Below, one piece after another: positions 47,733 to 56,539 of a stretch of DNA of 64,000 nucleotides. Made by a program: the position numbers and the translations under genes. Position 1 is the first letter of the stretch, and every line of letters starts with the position of its first letter. The stretch is from Candidatus Eiseniibacteriota bacterium (GTDB lineage: Bacteria; Eisenbacteria; RBG-16-71-46; JABDJR01): the NCBI GenBank assembly GCA_963783375.1, contig CAWANH010000028.1:1312001-1376000 (forward strand). The letters run 5' to 3'. Under the pieces are notes generated by a model. That model was given only the letters and a program-made list of their open reading frames with translations, had not been told where the DNA came from and made no database searches.

Positions 47733-48182
47733 TCAGCCTTCCTCACCCTCGAGACGCGCCACATCGGCCAGATCCTGAGGGCGGCCCGACACCTTCTTGT
47801 TGCGGATGAGATCGGCTCGACCGATCACTCCGACGTCGATTCCCTCCATGGCCACCTGCTCACGATTCGGCCAGGCCTCGCCAAACTTCACCCCGTCGAT
47901 CCCGGTCAGGATGTCGATGCGGCGGGGAGTCACGCCGAGCTGGACGACGGTATCGGGCATGGTGAGGTCCACCTCGGTGATGTCGGTCATGGGAGCCCCG
48001 AACGCAGCCAGAGCACGCATGATCCGCTGGGCGTTGTCAGGGGTGGGCCGGACCCAGATGTCCAGGTCGCCGGTGGCGCGGGGGGTCCCGTGGGCGGCCA
48101 GGGCATAGGCCCCGACCAGGAGGAACTCAACCCCTTCCGCGGATAACGCGGACAACATGTCGCGGAAGTCGGGATTCAGCAT
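47733..48182 (-). CDS. Nucleotidyltransferase (DUF6036/AbiEii/MenT-like)
   Basis: LVGAYALAAHGTPRATGDLDIWV, RIDILT, NKKVSGRPQDLAD. Confidence 0.85.
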   Translation of the reverse strand: MLNPDFRDMLSALSAEGVEFLLVGAYALAAHGTPRATGDLDIWVRPTPDNAQRIMRALAAFGAPMTDITEVDLTMPDTVVQLGVTPRRIDILTGIDGVKFGEAWPNREQVAMEGIDVGVIGRADLIRNKKVSGRPQDLADVARLEGEEG

Positions 48183-48327
48183 CGGCGTCTCCCTTGAAGG
48201 CCCAGGCGTCGAGGGCGAGCTGCCACATCATGGAAAGCCTCTCGGCGGGGGTCAAGTCGCAGACGTCGTCCTCGCTCGACCGGCCGCCGTCGTGGTGCAC
48301 TTCGACCCGGATGTTCCGCGTTGCCAT
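48127..48327 (-). CDS. Small helical protein, putative antitoxin partner of the nucleotidyltransferase
   Basis: 66 aa, LTPAERLSMMWQL..W; overlaps the NTase start by 56 nt. Confidence 0.7.
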   Translation of the reverse strand: MATRNIRVEVHHDGGRSSEDDVCDLTPAERLSMMWQLALDAWAFKGDADAESRLPRHVVRVIRGRG

Positions 48328-48384
48328 AGGATGAGAATACCATGTTCCAGGCGAACCGAGGCGTTGCGCGAGGGCGTCTCCGCC

Positions 48385-49656
48385 TCACCGGTTCCCCGAA
48401 GCCATCTGCGCGGCCTCGGGCATGCGGCGGAGCGACAACATGCTCCAGATCCCGAAGACCGGCCCCAGCGCCAGGACGGGAAACACCCGCGACCAGCCCC
48501 ACGATTCGGCCAGCGCGGGCAACACCCAGATGGTAATCATGGTCAAGAGGAACCCCATGCTGGTCTGGAGGGTCAGCGCGGTCCCGACGTAACGCGGATC
48601 GGTGAGCTCGCTCACCGCGGCGCTGAACTGGGCGCTGTCCGCCACCACCGCGAACCCCCACACGATACAGAGCACGGTCAACACCACCGGTCGGCCGAAG
48701 AAAAGGCCGGCCAGGAGACAGCACGAGCCGCTCAACCCCAGGCTCCAGACGGTGATCGTGGTCCGGCCCAGGCGGTCGGCGAGCAGCCCGGCCGCAATGG
48801 CTCCGGCGCCCCCGGCGGCGATCACCGCGAACCCCGCCACCCGCGCCGACTCCACCCGGAATCCCGCCGCCTGGTAGCTGGCGATGAGGAAGATCGGCAC
48901 CCAGGCCCACATCGCGTAAAGCTCCCACATGTGACCCAGGTAGCCGAAATTCGCCAGGCGGGTGGGCCGGTGACTGAGGGCCTTTCCCGCGAAGCGCCAG
49001 TTGAAGGGCGCCGCTCCGGTGAGGTACGGCCCGCTCCGGATCCCGAACCCCCCCACCAGCGCCCCGGCCAGGGCCATGGCGCTGGTGGCGTAGAGCACGG
49101 TCCGCCAGGGGGGCATGCCGTGGCCGCCGAACGCGTTCAACCCGTTCAACAGGTGCGGGCTCGCCGTGCCCACGGTGATCGCCCCGACCAGGAGCCCGAT
49201 GCCGAAGCCTCGGTCCGAGCGGCACCAGCTGGCGATCAGCTTCATTCCCGGCGGGTAGACCCCGGCCAACGCCACCCCCGTCGCGAACCGCAATCCAAGC
49301 GCCGCGGCCGGACCCCGGCAGAAGAGCGCGATGGCCAGGTTGGCCGCCGCCCCCAGAAGCGCGCACCACCCGAAGAGCGCCCGCGCCGAGACCCGGTCGG
49401 CCAGGTTCAGGAGCGCGCTCGCCAGAGCCCCCACCACGAAGCCGAGCTGGACGCTCATGGTCATCCAGGACTTCTGGTTCGCGCTCAGTCCCCACTGGGC
49501 CTGGAGCTGGGGCACCACCGCGGAGGCGGAGAACCACAGGGTCATGACCAGGAGCACCGCCAGGGCCAGTGCGCGCAGGTTCGGCCACTTGCCCTCGGGC
49601 GCCTCGTCCGGCACGGGCCCGAACAGGCGCTTCACGCGTTCTTCGAATGCCGGCAT
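48385..49656 (-). CDS. MFS transporter
   Basis: WFSASAV, VQLGFV, YPPGMK, GYLGHMWELYAMWAW, ADSAQFS. Confidence 0.9.
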   Translation of the reverse strand: MPAFEERVKRLFGPVPDEAPEGKWPNLRALALAVLLVMTLWFSASAVVPQLQAQWGLSANQKSWMTMSVQLGFVVGALASALLNLADRVSARALFGWCALLGAAANLAIALFCRGPAAALGLRFATGVALAGVYPPGMKLIASWCRSDRGFGIGLLVGAITVGTASPHLLNGLNAFGGHGMPPWRTVLYATSAMALAGALVGGFGIRSGPYLTGAAPFNWRFAGKALSHRPTRLANFGYLGHMWELYAMWAWVPIFLIASYQAAGFRVESARVAGFAVIAAGGAGAIAAGLLADRLGRTTITVWSLGLSGSCCLLAGLFFGRPVVLTVLCIVWGFAVVADSAQFSAAVSELTDPRYVGTALTLQTSMGFLLTMITIWVLPALAESWGWSRVFPVLALGPVFGIWSMLSLRRMPEAAQMASGNR

Positions 49657-49698
49657 GGGGGGACTCCCGAAAACGAACGGCCGGAAAGGAAAAAGCGG

Positions 49699-50568
49699 TC
49701 AGTAGGCCAGCATGAGCCGGAGCATGGAATGGGGGCGAAACCCCACGCGCTCGTAGGCGCGGACCGCCGGCGTGTTGGCCGCGTTCACGTGCAGGGTGAG
49801 TACCTCGAGACCGTCCCGGAACAGGCGTTCCGCCCAGGCGGTCAGGGCCCGGGTGGCGTGCCCTTTTCCCCGGTAGTGGGGATCGGTGTAGACCCCGCCC
49901 ACCAGGACCCCCTCCTCGGACCGGGCCGCTTCCTCGGTCTTGAAGATCAGGGTCTTTCCCTCGATCACCACCCACACCTTCCCCCGCGCGATCCGCTGGC
50001 GCGAGATCTCGCGCAGCCGGGACATGTCCAGACGGGTCCTCGGAATCTGGAGGTCCTCCTCGGTCATGGCGGCGTGGGCGGGGGCCACGAGTTCCAGGTC
50101 GTCCGGTTCGGCGGGGCGAACCGGTGAATCCGGATCGGGCTCGGCCAGGGTCTCCGGGGTGAGGACGTAGTAGGCCTGGGCGCGGTCCACGGTGGGGGCG
50201 GCGCCGGTCCGCGAGAAGAGCCCGCGGATGAGCCCGGCGTGCTCGGCGGGCCCCACGAAGAGCCGCGGTCCGTCGGCATTCTGGACGGCGCGGTTGAGGA
50301 TCCCCTCGACCGCGGCCTCCGGTCCCCAGGTGGTGAGGTTCCGCGAGTTCCCCAGAAAGGCCACCGCGTGGAATTCCCCGCTCCGGCTCGCCCCGAAGAA
50401 TCGGCCGTGACCGGTCTGCGCCGTGGGGGATACCCCGAACTCGTGGACCAGGCTCCGGAGGTAGAGGGTCCCGCACCGGTCAGCGTCCAGGAAACGCCCG
50501 AGCGCCTCCCGGTCCTCATCCACCAGGAGGCTGACATGGAGGCCACGAGTGCGCGACACTGAGGGCAT
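49699..50568 (-). CDS. GNAT-family acetyltransferase
   Basis: GGVYTDPHYRGKGHA, NTPAVRAYERVGF; start uncertain. Confidence 0.87.
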   Translation of the reverse strand: MPSVSRTRGLHVSLLVDEDREALGRFLDADRCGTLYLRSLVHEFGVSPTAQTGHGRFFGASRSGEFHAVAFLGNSRNLTTWGPEAAVEGILNRAVQNADGPRLFVGPAEHAGLIRGLFSRTGAAPTVDRAQAYYVLTPETLAEPDPDSPVRPAEPDDLELVAPAHAAMTEEDLQIPRTRLDMSRLREISRQRIARGKVWVVIEGKTLIFKTEEAARSEEGVLVGGVYTDPHYRGKGHATRALTAWAERLFRDGLEVLTLHVNAANTPAVRAYERVGFRPHSMLRLMLAY

Positions 50569-51829
50569 GGAGTTCCTCCGCAAAGACGACCAGTTTAGCA
50601 GGGAGGTCGGGCCCCTGGAACCGCCGGTTCCGGTGACCCGGCTCCCCACGCCCGCCCTCCTGGTGGACCGGACGCGGCTCCTTCGGAACCTGGCCGGCAT
50701 GCAGGAGCTGGCCCGCCGCCACGGCGTGCGTCTCCGCCCTCACGCCAAGAGCCACAAATGCACCGCCCTCGGCCGCCGGCAGATCGCCGAAGGCGCGGTC
50801 GGGCTCTGCACCGCCAAGGTCTCCGAGGCCGAGGTCTTCGCCGAGGCCGGGTTCAGCGATCTCCTGGTGGCCTACCCCCTGGTCGGGGCCAAGGCCGACG
50901 CCCTGGCCGCTCTGGCCGAACGGTTCCCGGAGGCGCGTTTCGCGGCCGCGGCGGATTCCCGGGAGGGGGTGTCCGCCCTCGCCGAGGCGGCAACGCGCCG
51001 CGACGTGACCCTGGGAGTCTGGCTCAAGGTCGACAGCGGGCTCCACCGCGCCGGCCTTCCTCCCGACGACCTCATGCTGGTGGACCTGGCCCGGGCGGTC
51101 CGCGGCGCGGACGGCTTGCGGCTGGTCGGCCTCCTCACCCATGCCGGCCACGTCTACAAGGCGGCGCCGGCGAAGGTGGCGCGGATCGGGCACGACGAGG
51201 GGGAGACCATGGTGCGGACGGCCGAGCGGCTGGCGCGGGCGGGACTCGGCCGGCTCCAGGTGAGCCTCGGCTCCACCCCCACCATCCGCCGGGCCTCCGC
51301 GGTGGAGGGGGTGGACGAGATCCATCCCGGGGTCTACGTCTTCGGCGACCGCCAGCAGGTGGCGCTCGGGGCCATGACCCCCGAGGACGTGTCGCTCAGC
51401 ATCCTGGCCACCGTGGTGAGCCGCCCGGCTCCCGGGCGCTGGGTGCTCGACGCCGGATCGAAGACGCTCTCCAGCGATCGCGGGGCCCACGGGAGCGAGA
51501 CCATCCGCGGCTTCGGCGAGGTGCGACGGTTGGAGGAGCACGGAGACGTTCCCCGAAACCACCCCATGCCCTTCGCCGAACCCACGGGAAGCCGGCGCGA
51601 CTCCCATACCGCCGACCCGCCGGTCCTCTCCCGCCTTTCCGAGGAGCACGGGGTCCTGGAGGACGAGCGCGACCCGGGGTTCGTGCCCGGAGACCCGGTG
51701 GAGGTGATTCCCAATCACGCCTGCGCGGCAGTGAACCTGGCCGAGACGCTCTATCTCACTCAGGGGGAGGGTCGGGGGCGGACGGCGGTCGAGGCCTGGG
51801 CGATCGAGGCCCGCGGCCGCGTGCGCTAG
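50567..51829 (+). CDS. Fold-type III PLP enzyme (D-threonine aldolase/D-serine dehydratase family)
   Basis: LPTPALLVD, LRPHAKSHK, HAGHVY, GSTPT, DAGSKTL, SEEHG, PNHAC. Confidence 0.9.
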   Translation: MEFLRKDDQFSREVGPLEPPVPVTRLPTPALLVDRTRLLRNLAGMQELARRHGVRLRPHAKSHKCTALGRRQIAEGAVGLCTAKVSEAEVFAEAGFSDLLVAYPLVGAKADALAALAERFPEARFAAAADSREGVSALAEAATRRDVTLGVWLKVDSGLHRAGLPPDDLMLVDLARAVRGADGLRLVGLLTHAGHVYKAAPAKVARIGHDEGETMVRTAERLARAGLGRLQVSLGSTPTIRRASAVEGVDEIHPGVYVFGDRQQVALGAMTPEDVSLSILATVVSRPAPGRWVLDAGSKTLSSDRGAHGSETIRGFGEVRRLEEHGDVPRNHPMPFAEPTGSRRDSHTADPPVLSRLSEEHGVLEDERDPGFVPGDPVEVIPNHACAAVNLAETLYLTQGEGRGRTAVEAWAIEARGRVR

Positions 51830-51908
51830 GTGCCGGCCGCGAGGCCCCGGCCGCGAAGCGCGCGACCTCCAGCTCTCTCGTCCGGGCGGGCCCGATCTCC
51901 AAGCGGCG

Positions 51909-52850
51909 CTACCCGGCTTTCGGGCCCGGCTTCCCGTCGGCCGATCCCTCCGCCGGGACCTCGGCGGGCGGGCGCGGGTGCGGCGGGCGGGCGAGAGGCG
52001 CGCTCCCCAGCGATTCGGTTTCGTCCCCGCCCTCGGTCAGGTAGTGGGCGATGGCTTCGCGGCCGCGGATCTCCAGGTAGCCGAGGTTCCCGCCGTAGTC
52101 CTCGGCGATCCCGATATCGATGTTGATCCGGCGGCCGTCGGAAGTCTGGCGGAAGCGGGCCCCCTCGTATCCCTCGGGGGTGTGGCCGAAGACCTGATGG
52201 ATGCGCGGGGCGCGGGCCGGCGCCATGAGTTCCTCGTCGTAGTCGGCCCAGAAGATCCCCCCGGTCGCGTCGTCCCCTCCCCGGGCCAGCCCCACCGCGA
52301 AGATCGGATCGGAGTAGTCCGCGGCGGTCACCGCGGCCCGGAAGCGGCCGTTCAGGTGGGCGGCCAGCCGCCGCGGAGTGAAGCGCCGTGGCGTCTCCCC
52401 GCTTCCCTGCATCTCCGCCCGGAGCTGCTGGAGGAGGTTGTAGTGGACCCCGGCGTGGGTGAAGAGCCAGCCGGCGTGGGCGAAGGCGGCCTGCACGCGA
52501 CCGTCGAGCACGTCCTGGCGGATCCGCTCGGCCAGCTTCTCCGGCTCGGGGAAGTCGGCCAGATCGAAGTAGCCCTCGAGGAGCGCCACCTCGTGATTTC
52601 CCAGCAGGCGCACCACCTTTCCCTTCCCCTTCCGCGCCCGCACCTGGATGCCGGCCAGGAACTCGTAGGTGGCGATGGAGTCTGGACCGCGGTCGACCAC
52701 GTCGCCGGTCTGGACGAGGATGGCGCGGCCGCCCCTCCAGGAGTCATCCTCCAGGAGACCGGCCCGGGTGAGAATGGCGCGGAAGGCGTCCAGGCTTCCG
52801 TGCAGGTCACCAAGGACCACCGTTCGCAAAGGAGTTGTACGGGGGGCCAT
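51909..52850 (-). CDS. Calcineurin-like metallophosphoesterase
   Basis: GDLHG, GDVVDRG, GNHE, FTHAG, FGHTP. Confidence 0.9.
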   Translation of the reverse strand: MAPRTTPLRTVVLGDLHGSLDAFRAILTRAGLLEDDSWRGGRAILVQTGDVVDRGPDSIATYEFLAGIQVRARKGKGKVVRLLGNHEVALLEGYFDLADFPEPEKLAERIRQDVLDGRVQAAFAHAGWLFTHAGVHYNLLQQLRAEMQGSGETPRRFTPRRLAAHLNGRFRAAVTAADYSDPIFAVGLARGGDDATGGIFWADYDEELMAPARAPRIHQVFGHTPEGYEGARFRQTSDGRRINIDIGIAEDYGGNLGYLEIRGREAIAHYLTEGGDETESLGSAPLARPPHPRPPAEVPAEGSADGKPGPKAG

Positions 52851-53063
52851 TTCGACAAGCATGCCCGGATTGGAACCGCGCGGCAACCGGAAACCGCTCC
52901 CGGACAGCGACCGCGTTGCATCATCGTTCCGGCCGACGGCCGACGGCCGCCGGAACGCGATCGAAGGCAAGCGTGCGCGAGACGGAGCCGTCGTCTACAA
53001 TCAACCCGACCGCCGCCCCGCCCCCGGCCGGCGGGGAAGCAATACATCCCGGACGGAGCGATC

Positions 53064-53420
53064 ATGAACGACCGCATGTTCGAGAAGCTGGTGCGCGAGG
53101 CGGTGGAAGACCTTCCCCGCGAGTTCAAGGACGCTCTCAAGAACATCGAGATCGTCATCGAGGACTTCCCTTCGCCCGACATGCTGGAGGAGTACGGCAT
53201 GGAACCGCCGCTTCTCGGGCTCTACGAGGGGACGCCTCTCACCGAGCGCGAGCTGGGAGAGGTGGGGATGCCGGACAAGATCACCATCTACAAGGGGGAG
53301 CTGCTTCGGATGGGGGTCAAGGGGCGGGAGCTGGTGGAGGAGATCCGCATCACCGTCCTGCACGAGATCGGCCACTACTTCGGCCTCGACGACGACCAGA
53401 TGGAAGAAATGGGGTACTGA
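53064..53420 (+). CDS. Zincin-like metallopeptidase (DUF1025)
   Basis: LLGLYEG, PDKITIY, TVLHEIGHYFG. Confidence 0.9.
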   Translation: MNDRMFEKLVREAVEDLPREFKDALKNIEIVIEDFPSPDMLEEYGMEPPLLGLYEGTPLTERELGEVGMPDKITIYKGELLRMGVKGRELVEEIRITVLHEIGHYFGLDDDQMEEMGY

Positions 53421-53422
53421 CC

Positions 53423-54328
53423 ATGACCTCCGCCTCCTTCACCGTGATCCGCCAGGCCGATCTTCCCCTGGAACCCGGGACCGGCATCGTGCGGTTGGCG
53501 TCGGTGCAGATGGACACCGCGATTGCGGAACCGGAGCGAAACCTGGACCGGGTGATCGCGGCCATGGAGGTGGCGCGGGACGAGCGAGCCTCCCTGGTCG
53601 CCTTTCCCGAGTGCGCGCTCACCGGCTACTGCTTCGACGGACCGGAGGAGGCCCTGGCCGCGTCCCTCGATCCCGAAGGCCCGGTGCTTGGCCGGCTGGT
53701 CGAGGCGACCGCCCGGCTGGGCGTGTACGCGGCGGTGGGGTACCTGGAGCGGGTGGGGGACGCGCCGGCCAACGCGGTCTCGGTGATCGGTCCCCGAGGT
53801 ATCGTCGCCCACTACCGCAAGACCCATCTCCCCTTCCTGGGCGTGGACAAGTGGACCGCCCCCGGCCGCGGGCCGCTGAAGGTCCAGGAGGCGGCCGGTC
53901 TTCGCCTGGGACTCCTGATCTGCTTCGACGCCTCGTTCCCGGAGGCGGTGCGACTGCTCGCCCTGGACGGCGCCGACCTGATTCTCCTTCCCACCAACTG
54001 GCCGGAGGAAGCCGACGTCAAGGCGGCCTGGCTTCCCAACACCCGCGCCTACGAGAACGTGATCTACTTCGCCGCGGTGAACCGCATCGGGCGGGAGCGG
54101 GGCTTCGTCTTCCACGGGAAGTCGCGGGTGTGCGGGCCTTCGGGGGAGACCCTGGCCGAGGCGCCGGCCGACCGGGAGGTGATCCTGGTCACCGACGTCG
54201 ATCCCGCGCGCGCCCGGCAAAAGCGGATCGAGCGGCGGGGGAGCGACTACTGGGTGGATCGGATGGGACAGCGCCGCACGGATCTCTATCGCCTCGAACC
54301 GGGACCCGGGAGCGACGGGGAGGGCTGA
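53423..54328 (+). CDS. Carbon-nitrogen hydrolase (nitrilase superfamily)
   Basis: FPECALTGY, YRKTHL, ICFD catalytic E-K-C triad. Confidence 0.92.
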   Translation: MTSASFTVIRQADLPLEPGTGIVRLASVQMDTAIAEPERNLDRVIAAMEVARDERASLVAFPECALTGYCFDGPEEALAASLDPEGPVLGRLVEATARLGVYAAVGYLERVGDAPANAVSVIGPRGIVAHYRKTHLPFLGVDKWTAPGRGPLKVQEAAGLRLGLLICFDASFPEAVRLLALDGADLILLPTNWPEEADVKAAWLPNTRAYENVIYFAAVNRIGRERGFVFHGKSRVCGPSGETLAEAPADREVILVTDVDPARARQKRIERRGSDYWVDRMGQRRTDLYRLEPGPGSDGEG

Positions 54329-54330
54329 CG

Positions 54331-55317
54331 GTGACCGCCCGCGGGCTCAACCTGACCCCCAAGCGCCAGGACGATGCCAAACCCGCCCTGGGTTACGGGT
54401 TCGCCTTCCTCTGCTCCATGGTGACCGCGGTGGCCTTCATCGCGGCCAAGCCGGTGCTCGACTACCTGGACCCGCTCTCCTTCAGCATCAGCCAGTTCGG
54501 GATCGCCTCGGTGTTCTCGGGCCTCTGGCTGGTGGCCCACCGGAAGCTCGGCGACCTCGCCCGGGTGACCCCTGGGCAGTGGACCTTCCTGACCGTGGTG
54601 TCGCTCCTCTTCCTGAGCGCGATCTACACCATGTGGATCGGCCTCTCCATGATCCCCGCCACCGCGGCAAGCCTCCTGAACCGGTTGGAGATCCTGGTCA
54701 CCGTGCTCTTCGGGATGGCGTTCCTGGGGGACCGCTTCACCCGCCGCGAAGGCCTGGGGGCGGCGGTCATGTTCCTGGGAGTCGTGGTGATCCGCTACCA
54801 GGCTCCGCCGTCCTTCTCCGCCGGGTTCTGGATGATGGTGCTCTCCAGCACCCTCTTCGGGTTCACCGAGGTCCTGGTCAAGAGCCGGGTCCAGGTCATC
54901 CCTCCCGACGTCTTCGCGTTCGCCCGGAACGCCATCGTGTTCGTGCTGTTCCTGGTGGCCGGGGTGTGGCGGATGTTCATGCAGGAGGGGCCGTGGTGGC
55001 ACGGCATCGCGGACTGGGACGGGATCCGCCGTGGGCTTCCCCTCATCGCCACCACCGCCCTGGTGGGGCCGTTCCTGGCCCGCACCATCTACATGTACAG
55101 CCTCAAGCACCTCGCGCTCTCCAAGGTGGCGTTCATCAACCAGTCCCAGCCGCTCTTCGTGGCGGTCTACTCGGCCATCCTGCTCCATACCCTCCCCAGC
55201 CGGCGCGAGTGGACGGGAGGTCTCCTGATCCTGGGGGGCGCGCTCCTCCTGGTGCACTGGCGGCAGGGGTATTCCTGGTGGAAGGCGCGGCGGGCCGCTC
55301 CCGAGGACCAGGAATGA
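54331..55317 (+). CDS. DMT/EamA-family transporter
   Basis: Two EamA-like halves, about 10 TM. Confidence 0.85.
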   Translation: MTARGLNLTPKRQDDAKPALGYGFAFLCSMVTAVAFIAAKPVLDYLDPLSFSISQFGIASVFSGLWLVAHRKLGDLARVTPGQWTFLTVVSLLFLSAIYTMWIGLSMIPATAASLLNRLEILVTVLFGMAFLGDRFTRREGLGAAVMFLGVVVIRYQAPPSFSAGFWMMVLSSTLFGFTEVLVKSRVQVIPPDVFAFARNAIVFVLFLVAGVWRMFMQEGPWWHGIADWDGIRRGLPLIATTALVGPFLARTIYMYSLKHLALSKVAFINQSQPLFVAVYSAILLHTLPSRREWTGGLLILGGALLLVHWRQGYSWWKARRAAPEDQE

Positions 55318-55910
55318 GCGTCGAGACCGGCGGCGCGATCGTGGTGGCGGTCCTGGCCGGCGTGGCCCTGGCCGCCGCGGCCGGCCTTCGCGCCTTCCTG
55401 CCGCTCCTGGTGGTGGGCGTGGCCTCGCGACTGCATCTCTTCCACCTGAACCCCGACCTCGCCTATCTCGAGAGCAACACCGCCCTGATCGCGCTCGCCG
55501 TGGCCGCCGTGGTGGAGCTGGCCGCGGACAAGATCCCCCTGGTGGACCACGGCCTGGACGCGATCTCGGTCTTCGTTCGTCCCGCCGCGGGATTCCTGGC
55601 CGGACTCGCCGTTCTGGGGCGGCTCCCCGAGCCGGTGGCGGTGGCGGTCGCCCTCTTCTTCGCCATGATCACCCTCGGCACCCATCTCGCGCACTCCAAG
55701 ACCCGGGTGGGCTCCACCCTGGTCACCGCGGGCTTCGGGAACCCGTTCCTGTCCGTGTTCGAGGACCTGGTCTCCGCGCTGCTTTCCATCCTGGCGGTGG
55801 TGGCCCCCATCCTGGCCGCGCTTCTCGTGTTCGGCCTCGCCGCGGTCTTCTGGCGGCTGGTCCGCCGCCTGCGTCGCCGCCGGATTCCTCCCGCCGAGTC
55901 TCCGCGGTAG
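55314..55910 (+). CDS. DUF4126-family membrane protein
   Basis: LAAAAGLRAFLPL, ELAADKIPLVDH..D, LSVFED. Confidence 0.88.
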   Translation: MSVETGGAIVVAVLAGVALAAAAGLRAFLPLLVVGVASRLHLFHLNPDLAYLESNTALIALAVAAVVELAADKIPLVDHGLDAISVFVRPAAGFLAGLAVLGRLPEPVAVAVALFFAMITLGTHLAHSKTRVGSTLVTAGFGNPFLSVFEDLVSALLSILAVVAPILAALLVFGLAAVFWRLVRRLRRRRIPPAESPR

Positions 55911-56002
55911 CCGATTTCCGCCGGTCCCGGTATGGTTGAAGCACGCGTTCAACGCGGCGTCGGATCATCGTCCAAGCAGTCGTTCGGAAGGAGACTCCGG
56001 TC

Positions 56003-56509
56003 ATGAAGTTCGTCCTCGGTCTGGTCGTCGGCGCGGTGCTGGTGGTGGGGATCCCCCTTCTCGTCCTGGCCACCGGCGCCTACAACGTCGCCGCCACCTC
56101 GGCGCCGGGGGCGCTGGAGACGTCCCTGGCCGGTTGGGCCATGGACCGTTCGGTGGAGAAGCACGCCCAGGACCTCATCAATCCCCATGCCGGTGACGCC
56201 CAGGCCGCGGCGGTGGGACTGGACGACTACGCCGAGACCTGCGTGACCTGCCACGGGGCGCCGGGGGTGGAGCCGGCGGAGCTGGCCAAGGGGTTGAATC
56301 CCCCCGCGCCGGAACTGGACGAGGCGGCGGGGGACATGAGCGACGGGGAGATGTTCTGGATCATCTCCCACGGGATCCGGATGACCGGGATGCCCGCCTT
56401 TGCCCCCACCCACACCGAGGACGAGATCTGGAACATGGTGACGTTCATCCGCCGGTTGCCCCACCTGACGCCGGAGGAGAAGGCGGTGCTGGCCGCGGCG
56501 ACCCGGTGA
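56003..56509 (+). CDS. Monoheme c-type cytochrome
   Basis: CVTCHGAPG, GIRMTGMPAF; N-terminal TM. Confidence 0.9.
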   Translation: MKFVLGLVVGAVLVVGIPLLVLATGAYNVAATSAPGALETSLAGWAMDRSVEKHAQDLINPHAGDAQAAAVGLDDYAETCVTCHGAPGVEPAELAKGLNPPAPELDEAAGDMSDGEMFWIISHGIRMTGMPAFAPTHTEDEIWNMVTFIRRLPHLTPEEKAVLAAATR

Positions 56510-56539
56510 AGAACCGGCGCCCGATCGCCGGACGGACCG

